Below are positions 47,334 through 56,938 of a DNA stretch of 64,000 nucleotides, one piece after another. The notes beneath the pieces are model-generated. The model saw only the letters and a program-made list of their open reading frames with translations, made no database searches and was not told the DNA's origin. The stretch lies in the NCBI GenBank assembly GCA_903851235.1, contig CAINNR010000001.1, positions 22,432 to 86,431 on the forward strand. The letters are read 5' to 3'. Source of the stretch: an uncultured Candidatus Berkelbacteria bacterium (GTDB lineage: Bacteria; Patescibacteriota; UBA1384; XYA2-FULL-43-10; CAINNR01). Position 1 is the stretch's first letter; each line of letters opens with the position of its first letter. Position numbers and translations under genes: made by a program.

Positions 47334-47720
47334 GTGAAAGACACAATGACGATTCTTGGTTGTCTTGCAATTGCCGCGATTGCAGTGACGATTGTCATTC
47401 TTTTTGTCACTGCGTTATTCGACATTTATAGCAGAAAGCGCTGGTCTATGATAATCAGAGGATATTGTGGGAAGTGGGAAAAAACTGTCGTCGAAACCAA
47501 GTTTGTCCACGATACAATTTATGTTGCCGTCATTAACGACAATGTGGTCGTAGTTCGTCGTGACACCGGATCAAATTCAACAGAGGGATTTTACCGATAC
47601 TTCACAGTACTGGCTAATCAGCAACTGGTAACTAAAACCGTGTTTAGTGGACATGAAAGAATTGGTGTATTAACTGCACTAATGCTATTCAATTACGTTG
47701 AAAAAATCACAACATGCTAA
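47334..47720 (+). CDS. hypothetical N-anchored protein
   Basis: GTG start 8 nt after a gaaggagg SD. One TM helix. Confidence 0.45.
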   Translation: MKDTMTILGCLAIAAIAVTIVILFVTALFDIYSRKRWSMIIRGYCGKWEKTVVETKFVHDTIYVAVINDNVVVVRRDTGSNSTEGFYRYFTVLANQQLVTKTVFSGHERIGVLTALMLFNYVEKITTC

Positions 47721-47730
47721 CTTTCCAATT

Positions 47731-47756
47731 GGCACCAGAGTGGTGCCTTTTTTATT
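47731..47756 (+). terminator. rho-independent terminator
   Basis: GGCACC-agag-TGGTGCC hairpin followed by TTTTTTATTTT. Confidence 0.65.
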
Positions 47757-47763
47757 TTGCATC

Positions 47764-47793
47764 TTGACAAATGGTTTTGGTTTTTGATACTAT
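47764..47793 (+). promoter_or_regulatory. sigma70 promoter with extended -10, upstream of nusA
   Basis: TTGACA-18nt-TGaTACTAT. Confidence 0.45.
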
Positions 47794-47932
47794 ATTAGTG
47801 TGGATTGTGGTGACCCTGCGGTGGCCACTTTTTTAAAAAGTGCCAATGTAATATCAATCAGCTGATATTCAGCAAAATAGATGTATATTAATATCGACAA
47901 CTTAATAACAATTTAGAAACAAAAGGAGAAAG

Positions 47933-49135
47933 ATGACCGAAGATTCTGTAAATTTTATGCAAGCGATTGAGGAACTTTGTGAAGAAAAAGGTTTGGACAA
48001 GGAAACTGTGATTTCAACGGTTGAAGCTGCTCTTTCCGCCGCTTATCGAAAAGATTACGGCAAGCCGCGTCAGGTGATTCGGGCGAAAATGGATCCAAAA
48101 ACCGGTGAAGCAGAAATGTATCAGGTAACAACTGTGGTTGATGATGAAGAGCTGGAGAATCCAGAGGCGGAGATTTCACTAACTGATGCGAAAAAAATTA
48201 AAAAAAGTTATAAAGTCGCTGACGAGATAATCGAGCCGTTGCCAAAAGAGGAAACCTTCGGCCGGATTGCGGCTCAAACTGCCAAACAGGTTATAATTCA
48301 GCGAATTCGTGAAGCCGAACGCGATATGATTTTTGCCGAATTTAAAGACCGTGAGCACACAATAGGTAACGGTTCAGTCCAACAAATTGAGGGTAAAAAT
48401 GTCATCGTTTCACTTGGTAAAGTCAATGCGATTATGTTTCCATCGGATCAAATTCGCGAAGAGAAATATTATGTCGGCCAACGCTTAAAGGTATATATCA
48501 AAGAGGTGGCACAAACTTCTCGCGGACCACAGATTCTAGTTTCTCGAGCTGATGAGGGCTTAATTAAGGGACTGTTTGAACTGGAAGTTCCGGAGATCGC
48601 CAATGGAACGGTTGAAATAAAAAGTTTAGCTCGCGAGGCCGGCTCCCGTACTAAAATGGCTGTAATTGCGCTCGATGATAATATCGACCCGATCGGTTCT
48701 TGTGTTGGACAACGTGGAACCAGAGTCCAATCGGTTTTAGCCGAAATCGGTGATGAAAAAATCGATATTATCCTTTGGGATGAAGATGTCGAGCGTTTTA
48801 TTATGAACGCTTTATCACCGGCGAAATGCGAAAAAATTGTTATTTCCTCAAAGGATACGAAAGCGATTGTCTTCGTCCCTGAAGACTTTCTTTCGCTCGC
48901 AATCGGCAAAAATGGCCAGAACGTTCGCTTAGCTTCAAAGTTGACCGGCTGGGGAATTGACATTGAAAAGGTTGAGGGCGGCGAGTCTAATCAGAAGAAA
49001 GCTAATGACAACGAATCAAAGGTTGAAACCGCGGTTAGTATCGAGAAGGAAAAGATTGTCAAAAAAGAGTCGGTGAAAACCAAAGACGCCAACGTCAAGA
49101 AAATTAGCGAAAAAATCGATTCTGATTCAAAATAG
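47933..49135 (+). CDS. nusA: transcription termination/antitermination factor NusA
   Basis: N-terminal domain, S1 and KH1/KH2 regions, plus a Lys/Glu-rich tail. Confidence 0.93.
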   Translation: MTEDSVNFMQAIEELCEEKGLDKETVISTVEAALSAAYRKDYGKPRQVIRAKMDPKTGEAEMYQVTTVVDDEELENPEAEISLTDAKKIKKSYKVADEIIEPLPKEETFGRIAAQTAKQVIIQRIREAERDMIFAEFKDREHTIGNGSVQQIEGKNVIVSLGKVNAIMFPSDQIREEKYYVGQRLKVYIKEVAQTSRGPQILVSRADEGLIKGLFELEVPEIANGTVEIKSLAREAGSRTKMAVIALDDNIDPIGSCVGQRGTRVQSVLAEIGDEKIDIILWDEDVERFIMNALSPAKCEKIVISSKDTKAIVFVPEDFLSLAIGKNGQNVRLASKLTGWGIDIEKVEGGESNQKKANDNESKVETAVSIEKEKIVKKESVKTKDANVKKISEKIDSDSK

Positions 49136-49205
49136 CCTTAAGTAGTAAGTTTTAAGTTTTTCTTCGATAGATTGTACATGCAACTTTTAGTTTTAATTTA
49201 CTATC

Positions 49206-51710
49206 ATGGATCCAAATATATTTGGAAAGTTTTCAGACAATTTGCGCAAGATTCTGGTCATGGCCGAAAGAATAGCCAAGGATTCTGCAAAACCACTCGA
49301 CACCGAGGAGATTCTTTTGGCTTTGGTTTTAACCCGTGGAACTTTGGCCTCTGACATTCTTACATCGTTTGAAATCGTGCCTGACAAGGTTTCTATTGTC
49401 GCAAAATTGGTTAGTAACCTCGGCAAAAAGTCTAAGACTCCTGCAATATCTGATGACGCCAAAAGTGTTATGCAATCGGCCGTTAGAATCGCCGCTGGTT
49501 ACAATCACTTGATTGTTGACGTTGAACACTTACTACTAGCACTCTTATCTAACCCAAAATTTAACTCCTACAGTATTATTGAACGAATCGGTGTCAAACC
49601 GGAAAAAATCAGCGACCAAATTTCGGCAATTTTTAGCGAGATTTCCAAGGCAAGCGGTTCACTTAATCTTGACCAGCCGGCAGAGTTTGATTTGCCACAC
49701 ATCGGTGATTTCCCCGGCGAAGATTTTGCTTCCGATTTCTCCGAAAAGCCGGGCAAAACCAAAACTCAAGAAGCTCAAAAAACTTTTCTCGAACAATACA
49801 CTGTCAACTTGACTGCTGAGGCAAAAAACAATCACCTCGATCCGCTCGTTGGCCGAGAAAAGGAAATCGAACGAGTATCGCAAATTTTATCTCGCCGGAC
49901 AAAAAACAATCCTCTTCTAATAGGCGAACCGGGCGTGGGAAAAACGGCAATCGTCGAAGGATTAGCGCGAAGAATCATCGATGGCAGCGTGCCGCAAACA
50001 TTAATCGGCAAAACAATTCTTTCGCTCGATTTAGGGTCACTTTTGGCGGGCACCATTTATCGCGGTCAATTTGAAGCCCGAATTAAAAAATTGTTGGCTG
50101 AGATCAAAAACCTTGGAAAAATCATACTTTTTATAGATGAAATTCATACTACGGTCGGCACCGGTTCGGCCGAGGGATCAATGGATACCGCCAATATGCT
50201 AAAACCGATTTTGACCAGAAATGAATTTCAAGTTATCGGCGCGACAACTTTTGATGATTATAAAAAACATATTGAAAAGGATCCGGCATACGAACGGCGT
50301 TTTCAAGTCGTCCAAGTACCTGAACCATCAGTCCTAGAAACAATAAAAATTCTCCGTGGCATCAAACACAAATATGAGCAACATCATAAAATAAAATTCA
50401 CAGCCGATTCTCTGGTTGCTGCCGCCGAATTTTCAGAGCGGTACATTACCGATCGTTTTTTGCCGGACAAAGCAATCGATTTGATTGATGAAGCCGCTGC
50501 CGCGACAAATATTATCACACCGGAAAATGCAAAATTAGCCAAGCTTCAAACCAAATTGATTGAAACTCAAAGCAAAAAAGAGGAAGCTGTAATGGCGGAA
50601 AATTACGAATCTGCCACCGGTTTACGCGAGGAAGAGATAATTCTTTCTGACAAAATTTCAACATTGGAAAAATCTTCGGCCAGCCAGAAGAAAAACATTA
50701 TTGATTCAAATGATATTGCAAATATAATTTCACGTTGGACCGGAATTCAAACTGAAAATTTATCTCTTGATGAGCGAAAACGCTATCTGAATCTAGATGA
50801 ACGGATCAAGAAGATCGTTATAGGCCAGGACGAAGCGGTAACAGCAATTTCCAAATCCATTCGCCGAAACCGCGCCGGTATTTCAGATCCGAATCGACCA
50901 ATTGGTTCCTATTTATTTTTAGGTCCTACCGGAGTCGGGAAAACGCACTTGTCAAAAACCCTGGCAAAAATACTTTTTGGCACCGAGGAAAATCTGATTA
51001 AAATCGATATGTCAGAATTTATGGAAAAACACAACGTTTCGCGACTCGTGGGTGCCCCAGCCGGTTATGTTGGCTATGATGATGGCGGCAAGTTGACGGA
51101 AGCTGTTCGGAGAAAACCTTACTCAATAATTTTATTTGATGAAATTGAAAAAGCTCATCCGGAAGTTTTTAATATTTTGCTCCAAATTTTGGAGGATGGC
51201 TATCTAACCGACGCCAAAGGTCGCCGAGTAAATTTTCGAAACGCCATAATTATTATGACTTCAAATTTGGGAACATCCGATTTGAAGCGAGTCGACGAAA
51301 TCGGTTTTCACGCTAATAACAACTCCGAGTCCAAATATGAAGCGATGAAGAAATTAGTAATGGAAACGACCAAAAAAGAGCTTCGACCGGAATTGATTAA
51401 CCGATTGGATTCAATTATCGTTTTCCGCCCACTTTCAAAACCATCAATTTCAAGAATTGTCGACATAAATTTGAAAGAACTAATTGCTCGAATGAAAAAG
51501 CAGGGGCTGCAACTCTCGGTTGGCAACGAGGCTAAAAATTATATCTCCGAAACCGGTTACTCCGATGAATTCGGTGCCAGACCAATTCGCCGAATAATCA
51601 CCGATAAATTTGAAGATCCTATTTCCGAAGCGATAATTGGTGGATTATTTGTTTCCGGTGACAAAATCAAAACTCATTTAGTCGACAAACATATTATTTT
51701 CAAAAAATAG
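49206..51710 (+). CDS. clpC: ATP-dependent Clp protease ATP-binding subunit (ClpC-type, two AAA+ modules)
   Basis: Clp_N repeats, two Walker A/B modules and a short middle domain. Confidence 0.9.
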   Translation: MDPNIFGKFSDNLRKILVMAERIAKDSAKPLDTEEILLALVLTRGTLASDILTSFEIVPDKVSIVAKLVSNLGKKSKTPAISDDAKSVMQSAVRIAAGYNHLIVDVEHLLLALLSNPKFNSYSIIERIGVKPEKISDQISAIFSEISKASGSLNLDQPAEFDLPHIGDFPGEDFASDFSEKPGKTKTQEAQKTFLEQYTVNLTAEAKNNHLDPLVGREKEIERVSQILSRRTKNNPLLIGEPGVGKTAIVEGLARRIIDGSVPQTLIGKTILSLDLGSLLAGTIYRGQFEARIKKLLAEIKNLGKIILFIDEIHTTVGTGSAEGSMDTANMLKPILTRNEFQVIGATTFDDYKKHIEKDPAYERRFQVVQVPEPSVLETIKILRGIKHKYEQHHKIKFTADSLVAAAEFSERYITDRFLPDKAIDLIDEAAAATNIITPENAKLAKLQTKLIETQSKKEEAVMAENYESATGLREEEIILSDKISTLEKSSASQKKNIIDSNDIANIISRWTGIQTENLSLDERKRYLNLDERIKKIVIGQDEAVTAISKSIRRNRAGISDPNRPIGSYLFLGPTGVGKTHLSKTLAKILFGTEENLIKIDMSEFMEKHNVSRLVGAPAGYVGYDDGGKLTEAVRRKPYSIILFDEIEKAHPEVFNILLQILEDGYLTDAKGRRVNFRNAIIIMTSNLGTSDLKRVDEIGFHANNNSESKYEAMKKLVMETTKKELRPELINRLDSIIVFRPLSKPSISRIVDINLKELIARMKKQGLQLSVGNEAKNYISETGYSDEFGARPIRRIITDKFEDPISEAIIGGLFVSGDKIKTHLVDKHIIFKK

Positions 51711-51824
51711 TTGCGACGATTGATATATTAGACCGCACCTTGCTCTTATCTGATTCATCCAATCCTACGTAGCAATGATTGCATTGTTACAAAAATTTTG
51801 ATAAATTCAATACAGGTAGAAATT

Positions 51825-53117
51825 ATGGCAGATAAATTTTTGCAAAAACCACGCGGGACCAAAGACATTTTACCGACCGAACAACCAGCTTGGAGTTTTT
51901 TTCAGTCAACGGCGGAAAAAGTTTTGTGCGGTCTCGGTTTCGGAAAAATAGATACTCCGCTTTTTGAAGACAAACGGATTTTTGAGCGTGGAGTTGGCAA
52001 CACAACCGACATTATCGAAAAGGAAATCTACCTGATCGAATCGGCGGTTGATGATGAGGATTCAAAGTTGGCGCTTCGACCCGAGGGTACCGCCGGTGCT
52101 GCTAGGGCCTACATCGAGAATGGTATGGGATCATGGCCACAACCGGTTCGATTGTTTTATTTCGGCCAAATGTACCGTCGTGAGCGACCGCAAAAAGGCC
52201 GTTTTCGAGAACATCGTCAAATCGGTGCAGAAATTATTGGCGACTGGTCTGCACAATCAGATTATTTGGCAATAATGTCAGCAGTGGAAATTTTAAAAAA
52301 ACTTGGCTTTTCCGACCTTAATATCGCTATCAACTCCATTGGGTGTCAGGAGTGCCGACCAAATTATCTCAAAAAGCTAAAGCAATACTACTCCGATAAA
52401 TTGGATAAAGTTTGTGATGATTGCCGACGACGATATGACTCCAATCCACTTCGACTTTTGGATTGCAAAAACGAGCAGTGTCAAAATATAAAAGCCAAAG
52501 CGCCGCAAATTCTCGACAAACTCTGTCCGGAGTGTCGCCAACACTTTCAGGATACCCTACAATATCTGGATGATTTTGGAATAAAATTTGATTTGGACAA
52601 CACTCTGGTTCGAGGTTTAGATTATTACACTCGAACGGTTTTCGAAATTTCCGCCGGTAACGACAAAGCGCGACAAACTACTCTCTGTGGTGGCGGCCGA
52701 TACGATAACTTGGTTTCAATCTTGGGTGGTCCGACGACTCCGGCGGTTGGATGGGGCATGGGAGCCGATCGTGTCGTTGAACTTTTGAAGGATAATAATG
52801 TAAAAATGCTACCTCCTCGCGGCGTCGAGGTCGTAATTTTGGAGATAGGCGACACGGCAAAAAAAGTTTGTCGACAAATTTTTGACAATTTCGAAAAGGA
52901 AGATATCAACGTTTTTTATATTCCCTCAAAGGATTCACTCCGCAGCCAGTTAAAAATGGCGTCGAAATTAAATGCCGATTTCGCAGTCATCGTTGGCCAA
53001 CAAGAAGCGCTGAACGGTTCGGCAATCGTCCGCGACTTGAAATCCAGTACTCAAGAAGATCTTTCGGTTGCAAGCGCGGTTGAGATGATAAAGGAAAAGT
53101 ATACTAAAGCCAGTTAA
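51825..53117 (+). CDS. hisS: histidine--tRNA ligase with Cys-rich insertion
   Basis: Class II motifs. The insertion domain carries CQEC...CDDC...C...C...CPEC. Confidence 0.92.
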   Translation: MADKFLQKPRGTKDILPTEQPAWSFFQSTAEKVLCGLGFGKIDTPLFEDKRIFERGVGNTTDIIEKEIYLIESAVDDEDSKLALRPEGTAGAARAYIENGMGSWPQPVRLFYFGQMYRRERPQKGRFREHRQIGAEIIGDWSAQSDYLAIMSAVEILKKLGFSDLNIAINSIGCQECRPNYLKKLKQYYSDKLDKVCDDCRRRYDSNPLRLLDCKNEQCQNIKAKAPQILDKLCPECRQHFQDTLQYLDDFGIKFDLDNTLVRGLDYYTRTVFEISAGNDKARQTTLCGGGRYDNLVSILGGPTTPAVGWGMGADRVVELLKDNNVKMLPPRGVEVVILEIGDTAKKVCRQIFDNFEKEDINVFYIPSKDSLRSQLKMASKLNADFAVIVGQQEALNGSAIVRDLKSSTQEDLSVASAVEMIKEKYTKAS

Positions 53118-53144
53118 TAATTTTATAATGTCTGATGAATTTAC

Positions 53145-53168
53145 AACCGCAGTTGCGGTTTTTTTTGG
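53145..53168 (+). terminator. rho-independent terminator of hisS
   Basis: AACCGC-agtt-GCGGTT hairpin followed by eight T. Confidence 0.65.
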
Positions 53169-53177
53169 TATATATTA

Positions 53178-53352
53178 TTGACTTTTTAAAATTTATTTGC
53201 AATACTATTGTTGCTGTTTCCACGCTGACGTGGCTGTGAAAAATCCACGTACACGGGAGGATAAGCGCCTATGCTCAAGCGCAGTGACACACCTTAAAGA
53301 GTACGCTGACTATGCCGCCGTTCCCGGATCCTCGTGGGGGTCCGGGTTTTTT
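53178..53352 (+). ncRNA. candidate small RNA or structured leader, bounded by a promoter-like element and its own terminator
   Basis: TTGACT-17nt-AATACT at 53178-53206. About 120 nt with several hairpins, then a CCCGGA...TCCGGG hairpin followed by TTTTTT at 53323-53352. No ORF of 10 codons or more. Confidence 0.25.
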
Positions 53353-53386
53353 AATTGAAATATTGTATTTAAGTTATAATAATATT

Positions 53387-54691
53387 ATGCGAATAGAAAT
53401 CGAAAAAATGGCTTTTGGTGGCTCTGGTCTCGGACATTTGGACGATGGCCGAGTGGTTTTCATTCGAAAAGTCGTTCCTGGTGACACTGTCGAAGCGAAT
53501 ATTTATGAAGAAAAAAAAGATTTTGCTTTTGCTGTTGCGGAAAAAGTTATCACCCCTTCACCGATGCGAATTGACGCGCCTTGCAAATATTTTTATCAGT
53601 GCGGCGGCTGTGAGCATCAAAATATTTCTTATCAAAACCAACTGAAGATAAAAGAGGACCTAGTTCGGGAATCTTTACAACGACAAAAGGTCACGACCGA
53701 TGTGGAAAAAATTATTCCATCCTCAGATAAAGAATTTTTTTATCGCAATTCAATTCGCTATTCATTTTTACTTGGTCAGGACAATAATATTGCCTTGACT
53801 CGTCACCAACCAGACGACAATGAATTGGTAATCGTTGATGCCTGTATGTTGCAATCCGAGACGTCAAATTTGATATTAAGAAAAATTCGCGACTATATCA
53901 ACAAAAACATTGAGGATAAATCGACTTTCTGGCAATTAAAAATTCGTGAGGGAAAGTGGACCGGTGATATCATGGTCGAAATAATAACGTCTTCCAGTCA
54001 TCTGCCAAACGAAAAGGGAATTATTGCCGAGTTGCGATCGATTAGCGGTATTAAATCGATTTATCAAACTATCGCGCCTGGGAAATCGCTTATTAATTTG
54101 CGGCGGCGGTTGATATTTGGATCGCCGGTAATTTTTGAAAAAATCGGCTTCTATACTTTCCAAATTTCACCCGAAAGCTTTTTTCAAACTAATTCCGAAG
54201 GGGTTGAAACCTTGTATGATTTGATAAAAAAAACCGCTGATGTAAAAATTGGCGACGAAGTAGTTGATCTGTTCTGCGGCACTGGATCGATCGGAATTTA
54301 TCTATCAACTCTGGCTAAAAAGGTTAGCGGAATTGAAGTTGTTAATCAGGCTGTTCGCGACGCCAAAGATAACGCTCGGATAAATAAAATCAAGAACTGC
54401 GAATTCATATGCGCGGATTCGAAAAAATGGCTTCACCAAAACAGAAAAATAAAAATTAACAAACTGATAGTTGATCCTCCACGCGCCGGGTTATCTAAAG
54501 AACTAATATTTGATATTTGTAATTCCGATTTTGATATTATGATATATGTTTCTTGCAATCCGGCCACCTTTGCTCGCGATCTGAAACTATTTGAGAGTAA
54601 TGGAGTTATGGCGAAAAAAATTCAGCCGATTGACATGTTTCCACAAACTCACCACATTGAACTTGTTTCGGAGTTGGTTAAATCAAAGTGA
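53387..54691 (+). CDS. RumA/RlmD-family 23S rRNA (uracil-C5)-methyltransferase
   Basis: TRAM domain, a 4-Cys cluster (CKYFYQCGGCEHQ) and SAM-MTase motifs. The track's 25-aa N-terminal extension would read through the terminator, so it was not used. Confidence 0.85.
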   Translation: MRIEIEKMAFGGSGLGHLDDGRVVFIRKVVPGDTVEANIYEEKKDFAFAVAEKVITPSPMRIDAPCKYFYQCGGCEHQNISYQNQLKIKEDLVRESLQRQKVTTDVEKIIPSSDKEFFYRNSIRYSFLLGQDNNIALTRHQPDDNELVIVDACMLQSETSNLILRKIRDYINKNIEDKSTFWQLKIREGKWTGDIMVEIITSSSHLPNEKGIIAELRSISGIKSIYQTIAPGKSLINLRRRLIFGSPVIFEKIGFYTFQISPESFFQTNSEGVETLYDLIKKTADVKIGDEVVDLFCGTGSIGIYLSTLAKKVSGIEVVNQAVRDAKDNARINKIKNCEFICADSKKWLHQNRKIKINKLIVDPPRAGLSKELIFDICNSDFDIMIYVSCNPATFARDLKLFESNGVMAKKIQPIDMFPQTHHIELVSELVKSK

Positions 54692-54734
54692 TGTTTTCTG
54701 CAATATAGGACTAACTTTTTTTTCACTAAAATAT

Positions 54735-54796
54735 TTGACAGTGTTCGGTTTGTGTTTGGTATAATAAATTTATGATTACCGAACATAAACCAAACA
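54735..54796 (+). promoter_or_regulatory. lexA promoter with flanking 18-bp imperfect inverted repeat (candidate SOS operator)
   Basis: TTGACA, a 19-nt spacer, TATAAT. Arms TGTTCGGTTTGTGTTTGG and CCGAACATAAACCAAACA are 15/18 complementary and bracket the -10. Each arm reads GTTY-N7-GTTY. Confidence 0.45.
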
Positions 54797-54851
54797 ACAA
54801 GAGATCAAAGGCCGAACCTTTTAATGGCGGATTTCTTGAATAAGGAGAATT

Positions 54852-55460
54852 ATGGAAAGTCTCACTAAGCGGCAGAAAGAGATTCTTGATTTCATCCGCA
54901 ATTTTATTGGAGAAAATGGCTACGCTCCAAGTTTTCGTGAAATTGCGTATTACTTTGAGCTTTCATCGGTTTCTACCGTTGCCGAATACATCGGAATACT
55001 GGAAGAGAAGGGCTACCTGACAAAAGAAGCAATGGAGGCCCGTTCAATCCAGCTGACTCCGGCATTTGCATCCGGCATCGACACTTTCGAAATACCCCTC
55101 TCGGGAGTAATCGATGCCGGAAAGCCAATTGAGGCAATTCGAACCAATGAAACAATCGACATCCCAAAAGACATGATGGGACGTCGTACTTTTGCTCTTC
55201 GCGTTCGCGGCGAATCGATGATCGACGACGGAATTCTTGACGGCGATTACGTAATTATCGAGCAATCACAAAATCCTCGAAACGGCGAAATTGTTGTTGC
55301 TTTAATCGATAACGAAAACGCCACTCTTAAACGCTATTACAACGAAACTAACGGTATTCGTTTGCAACCGGCAAACAAAACAATGCGGGCAATGCACTTT
55401 GCCAAAGGCCGAGTAACAATTCAAGGCAAAGTCAAGGGTGTAATTAGAAAATTCCGTTAG
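54852..55460 (+). CDS. lexA: LexA repressor
   Basis: wHTH N-domain and an S24 peptidase domain (GESM...K). Confidence 0.9.
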   Translation: MESLTKRQKEILDFIRNFIGENGYAPSFREIAYYFELSSVSTVAEYIGILEEKGYLTKEAMEARSIQLTPAFASGIDTFEIPLSGVIDAGKPIEAIRTNETIDIPKDMMGRRTFALRVRGESMIDDGILDGDYVIIEQSQNPRNGEIVVALIDNENATLKRYYNETNGIRLQPANKTMRAMHFAKGRVTIQGKVKGVIRKFR

Positions 55461-55549
55461 GCAATCATTTTTTGGTCAATAATTAGTTGATAGTTGCCAA
55501 CATAGGATATATACTAGAATCAGCTATTATTTTTATTGGAGGGAGTTCT

Positions 55550-55813
55550 ATGGCAACTAACTCATTAAGTTCGTCCGGAGCAATATCGGAGGACAGGAAA
55601 CTAATCAAGTTTTCAAATTACAGTCTCTGCGTCACTCTACCAAAGTGGGTGATTAAAAATCTGAAATGGGAAAAAGGTGACGTGGTGAAAATGCTTGTTG
55701 ACGAAAAAAAGGGCGAGATTTTAATCAAAAAATCTTCGAAATCCTCAAAGGCGGAAGAAACTCCAAGCAAAGAACCAAAGAAAATTAAAAAAGGCGCGAA
55801 ATCTCGTTGGTAA
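55550..55813 (+). CDS. AbrB/MazE/SpoVT-type swapped-hairpin DNA-binding protein with Lys-rich tail
   Basis: SNYSLCVTLPKWVIKNLKWEKGDVVKM core. ATG lies after a ggaggg SD. Confidence 0.6.
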   Translation: MATNSLSSSGAISEDRKLIKFSNYSLCVTLPKWVIKNLKWEKGDVVKMLVDEKKGEILIKKSSKSSKAEETPSKEPKKIKKGAKSRW

Positions 55814-55891
55814 AACCTTCATTGTTTGGACTATGTAAATTTGCTACAATGATGTTGTAAAGGTTAGGTTTTTACTAGTGAGGAGGGGATT

Positions 55892-56650
55892 TTGGGCATT
55901 TCTGATGATATTCGTCCAAAAACATATCGACCGATTTCCAGAACGGTCGTTAAAACAGAAATTAAAGTCGCAGCTAAAAAAATTGATGACCGAGATAATG
56001 GTCAACTATTCCAAACTAAGCACGACGGTGATTTTTTCGCTGACACACCGATTGGTGTTGATAAAGAAAAAAGTAAAAAATTATCCAAACCGAAAAAAAG
56101 TCTGCTGGCGAAAAAACATCGCTGGATGTTCACAGTTATGATTGTTTTGGCAATAGGCGTTTTAATCGGCCTGGTTGCTTGGCAAAATTACTCAACTCTA
56201 AAAAGTTACATAGACGGAAGTTACAAAAGTAGCAATGATAAAAGTCTTACGGACATCATTAATAACGCAAACGATTCAATAAATAATTATAACAACAATG
56301 GTCAGTCCGCGACCGGATCAACCACAACTCCAACGACTCAGCCGGCAGCAACTTCAACTGCGACAGTTGATAAATCAACTATTATCATTTCAGTTTTGAA
56401 CGGTTCCGGAACAAAAGGCTCAGCCACAGCAGTTGCCAATACCTTAAAAACTACCGGCTTCACGGTCAGCAATATTTCAAATGCGAAATCATTCAATTAC
56501 GCCAAAACCTATATATATTATAAAACTGATGACGCCTCTGCAGCGAATTTGGTAGCCGACGCTTTGTCAGCACGAACAACAAGTGTTGTAAAAAATACTT
56601 CGATTATTGGATCGAATTACGATATTGTTGTCGTTGTCGGGAAGCAATAA
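55892..56650 (+). CDS. LytR_C domain membrane protein
   Basis: N-terminal cytoplasmic region, one TM helix, a Thr/Ser-rich linker and a C-terminal LytR_C-like domain. TTG start is uncertain. Confidence 0.6.
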   Translation: MGISDDIRPKTYRPISRTVVKTEIKVAAKKIDDRDNGQLFQTKHDGDFFADTPIGVDKEKSKKLSKPKKSLLAKKHRWMFTVMIVLAIGVLIGLVAWQNYSTLKSYIDGSYKSSNDKSLTDIINNANDSINNYNNNGQSATGSTTTPTTQPAATSTATVDKSTIIISVLNGSGTKGSATAVANTLKTTGFTVSNISNAKSFNYAKTYIYYKTDDASAANLVADALSARTTSVVKNTSIIGSNYDIVVVVGKQ

Positions 56651-56692
56651 TTGGATTTCTGCTATTTATTTTTATAGTGATTAATTTTCACC

Positions 56693-56938
56693 ATGTTAAG
56701 TTCAATTTTTTCTTATTACGACAAATTAATAATGGGAATTTCGCCCGGCTATTCCAGCTTAATTTCATTGGTGATTTTGCTTTTTGTGATTCTGGCTCTT
56801 TGGCGTTTTATTAAGGGCAATTTTATTTGGATGATCCCAATCATTATTTTTATTCCGGCTACTTGGCCGGCGATAAAAAGTATTGGTCGATTTTTACTGA
56901 TTCTTGGAGAATTTTTATTGGTTCACATCAAACGATGA
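56693..56938 (+). CDS. possible small membrane protein (81 aa)
   Basis: Hydrophobic ORF. Weak support. Confidence 0.3.
   Translation: MLSSIFSYYDKLIMGISPGYSSLISLVILLFVILALWRFIKGNFIWMIPIIIFIPATWPAIKSIGRFLLILGEFLLVHIKR

Noticed and set aside
53312-53386. Longer N-terminal extension of the RlmD-like ORF (track start 53312)
   Set aside because: It would read through a strong intrinsic terminator and an AT-rich spacer. The ATG at 53387 gives an N-terminus matching the TRAM domain.
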